64,000 nt of DNA, from the NCBI GenBank assembly GCA_951406725.2, contig OX597822.1:63736001-63800000 (forward strand), in the 5' to 3' direction. Shown here one piece after another: positions 63,769 to 64,000 of the stretch (position 1 is its first letter; every line of letters starts with the position of its first letter). The stretch comes from Octopus vulgaris (taxonomy: Eukaryota). The translations under genes and the position numbers were made by a program. A model generated the notes under the pieces. The model did not search any database. It was given only the letters and a program-made list of their open reading frames with translations, and was not told where the DNA came from.

Positions 63769-64000
63769 AAATTCAACTGATAAAGGAATAAACAGTTATA
63801 AACTTCACTAGCTCACAGCTGTTTCTCCCTGAAGATTTAGTGGGGTCATAGTTGATTGCCTGAATATTATCTTATAGCATCACAGAGCCTCAGACAGGAA
63901 TACAACTTCATAATAAAAATAACAAATTTTCACTTTCCGCTAAACATACTTTTATCACAACAGAGTTCAATTTTCTACAGTGATACTACGATAGTAGAGT

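Overview
Eukaryotic, AT-rich, repeat-dense genomic DNA. The SINE/RTE/MITE repertoire and microsatellite load point to an octopus (coleoid cephalopod); the species is inferred, not proven. Two convergent spliced genes are present. On +, the last five coding exons of a FAM214A/ATOSA (Atos homolog) gene lie at 1447-15320. On -, the 3' end of a Frazzled/DCC/neogenin (UNC-40) netrin receptor has its P3-motif terminal exon at 41266-41364, with candidate upstream and alternative exons at 52.9 and 51.8 kb. Almost all ORFs in the supplied track are microsatellite or repeat artefacts. The rest is tRNA-derived SINEs, RTE and CR1/L2 LINE 3' ends, mariner, pogo/Tigger, hAT and piggyBac-type remnants, fold-back elements and minisatellites. 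Most notable: (1) several Penelope-type minimal hammerhead-ribozyme motifs (CUGANGA...GAAAC-palindrome-GUH) in introns, mostly sense to the host gene, including a 450-bp palindrome with one on each strand; (2) a pair of splice donors 10 nt apart that could switch the netrin receptor between the canonical P3 tail and a novel P3-less tail ending FVDPNY.
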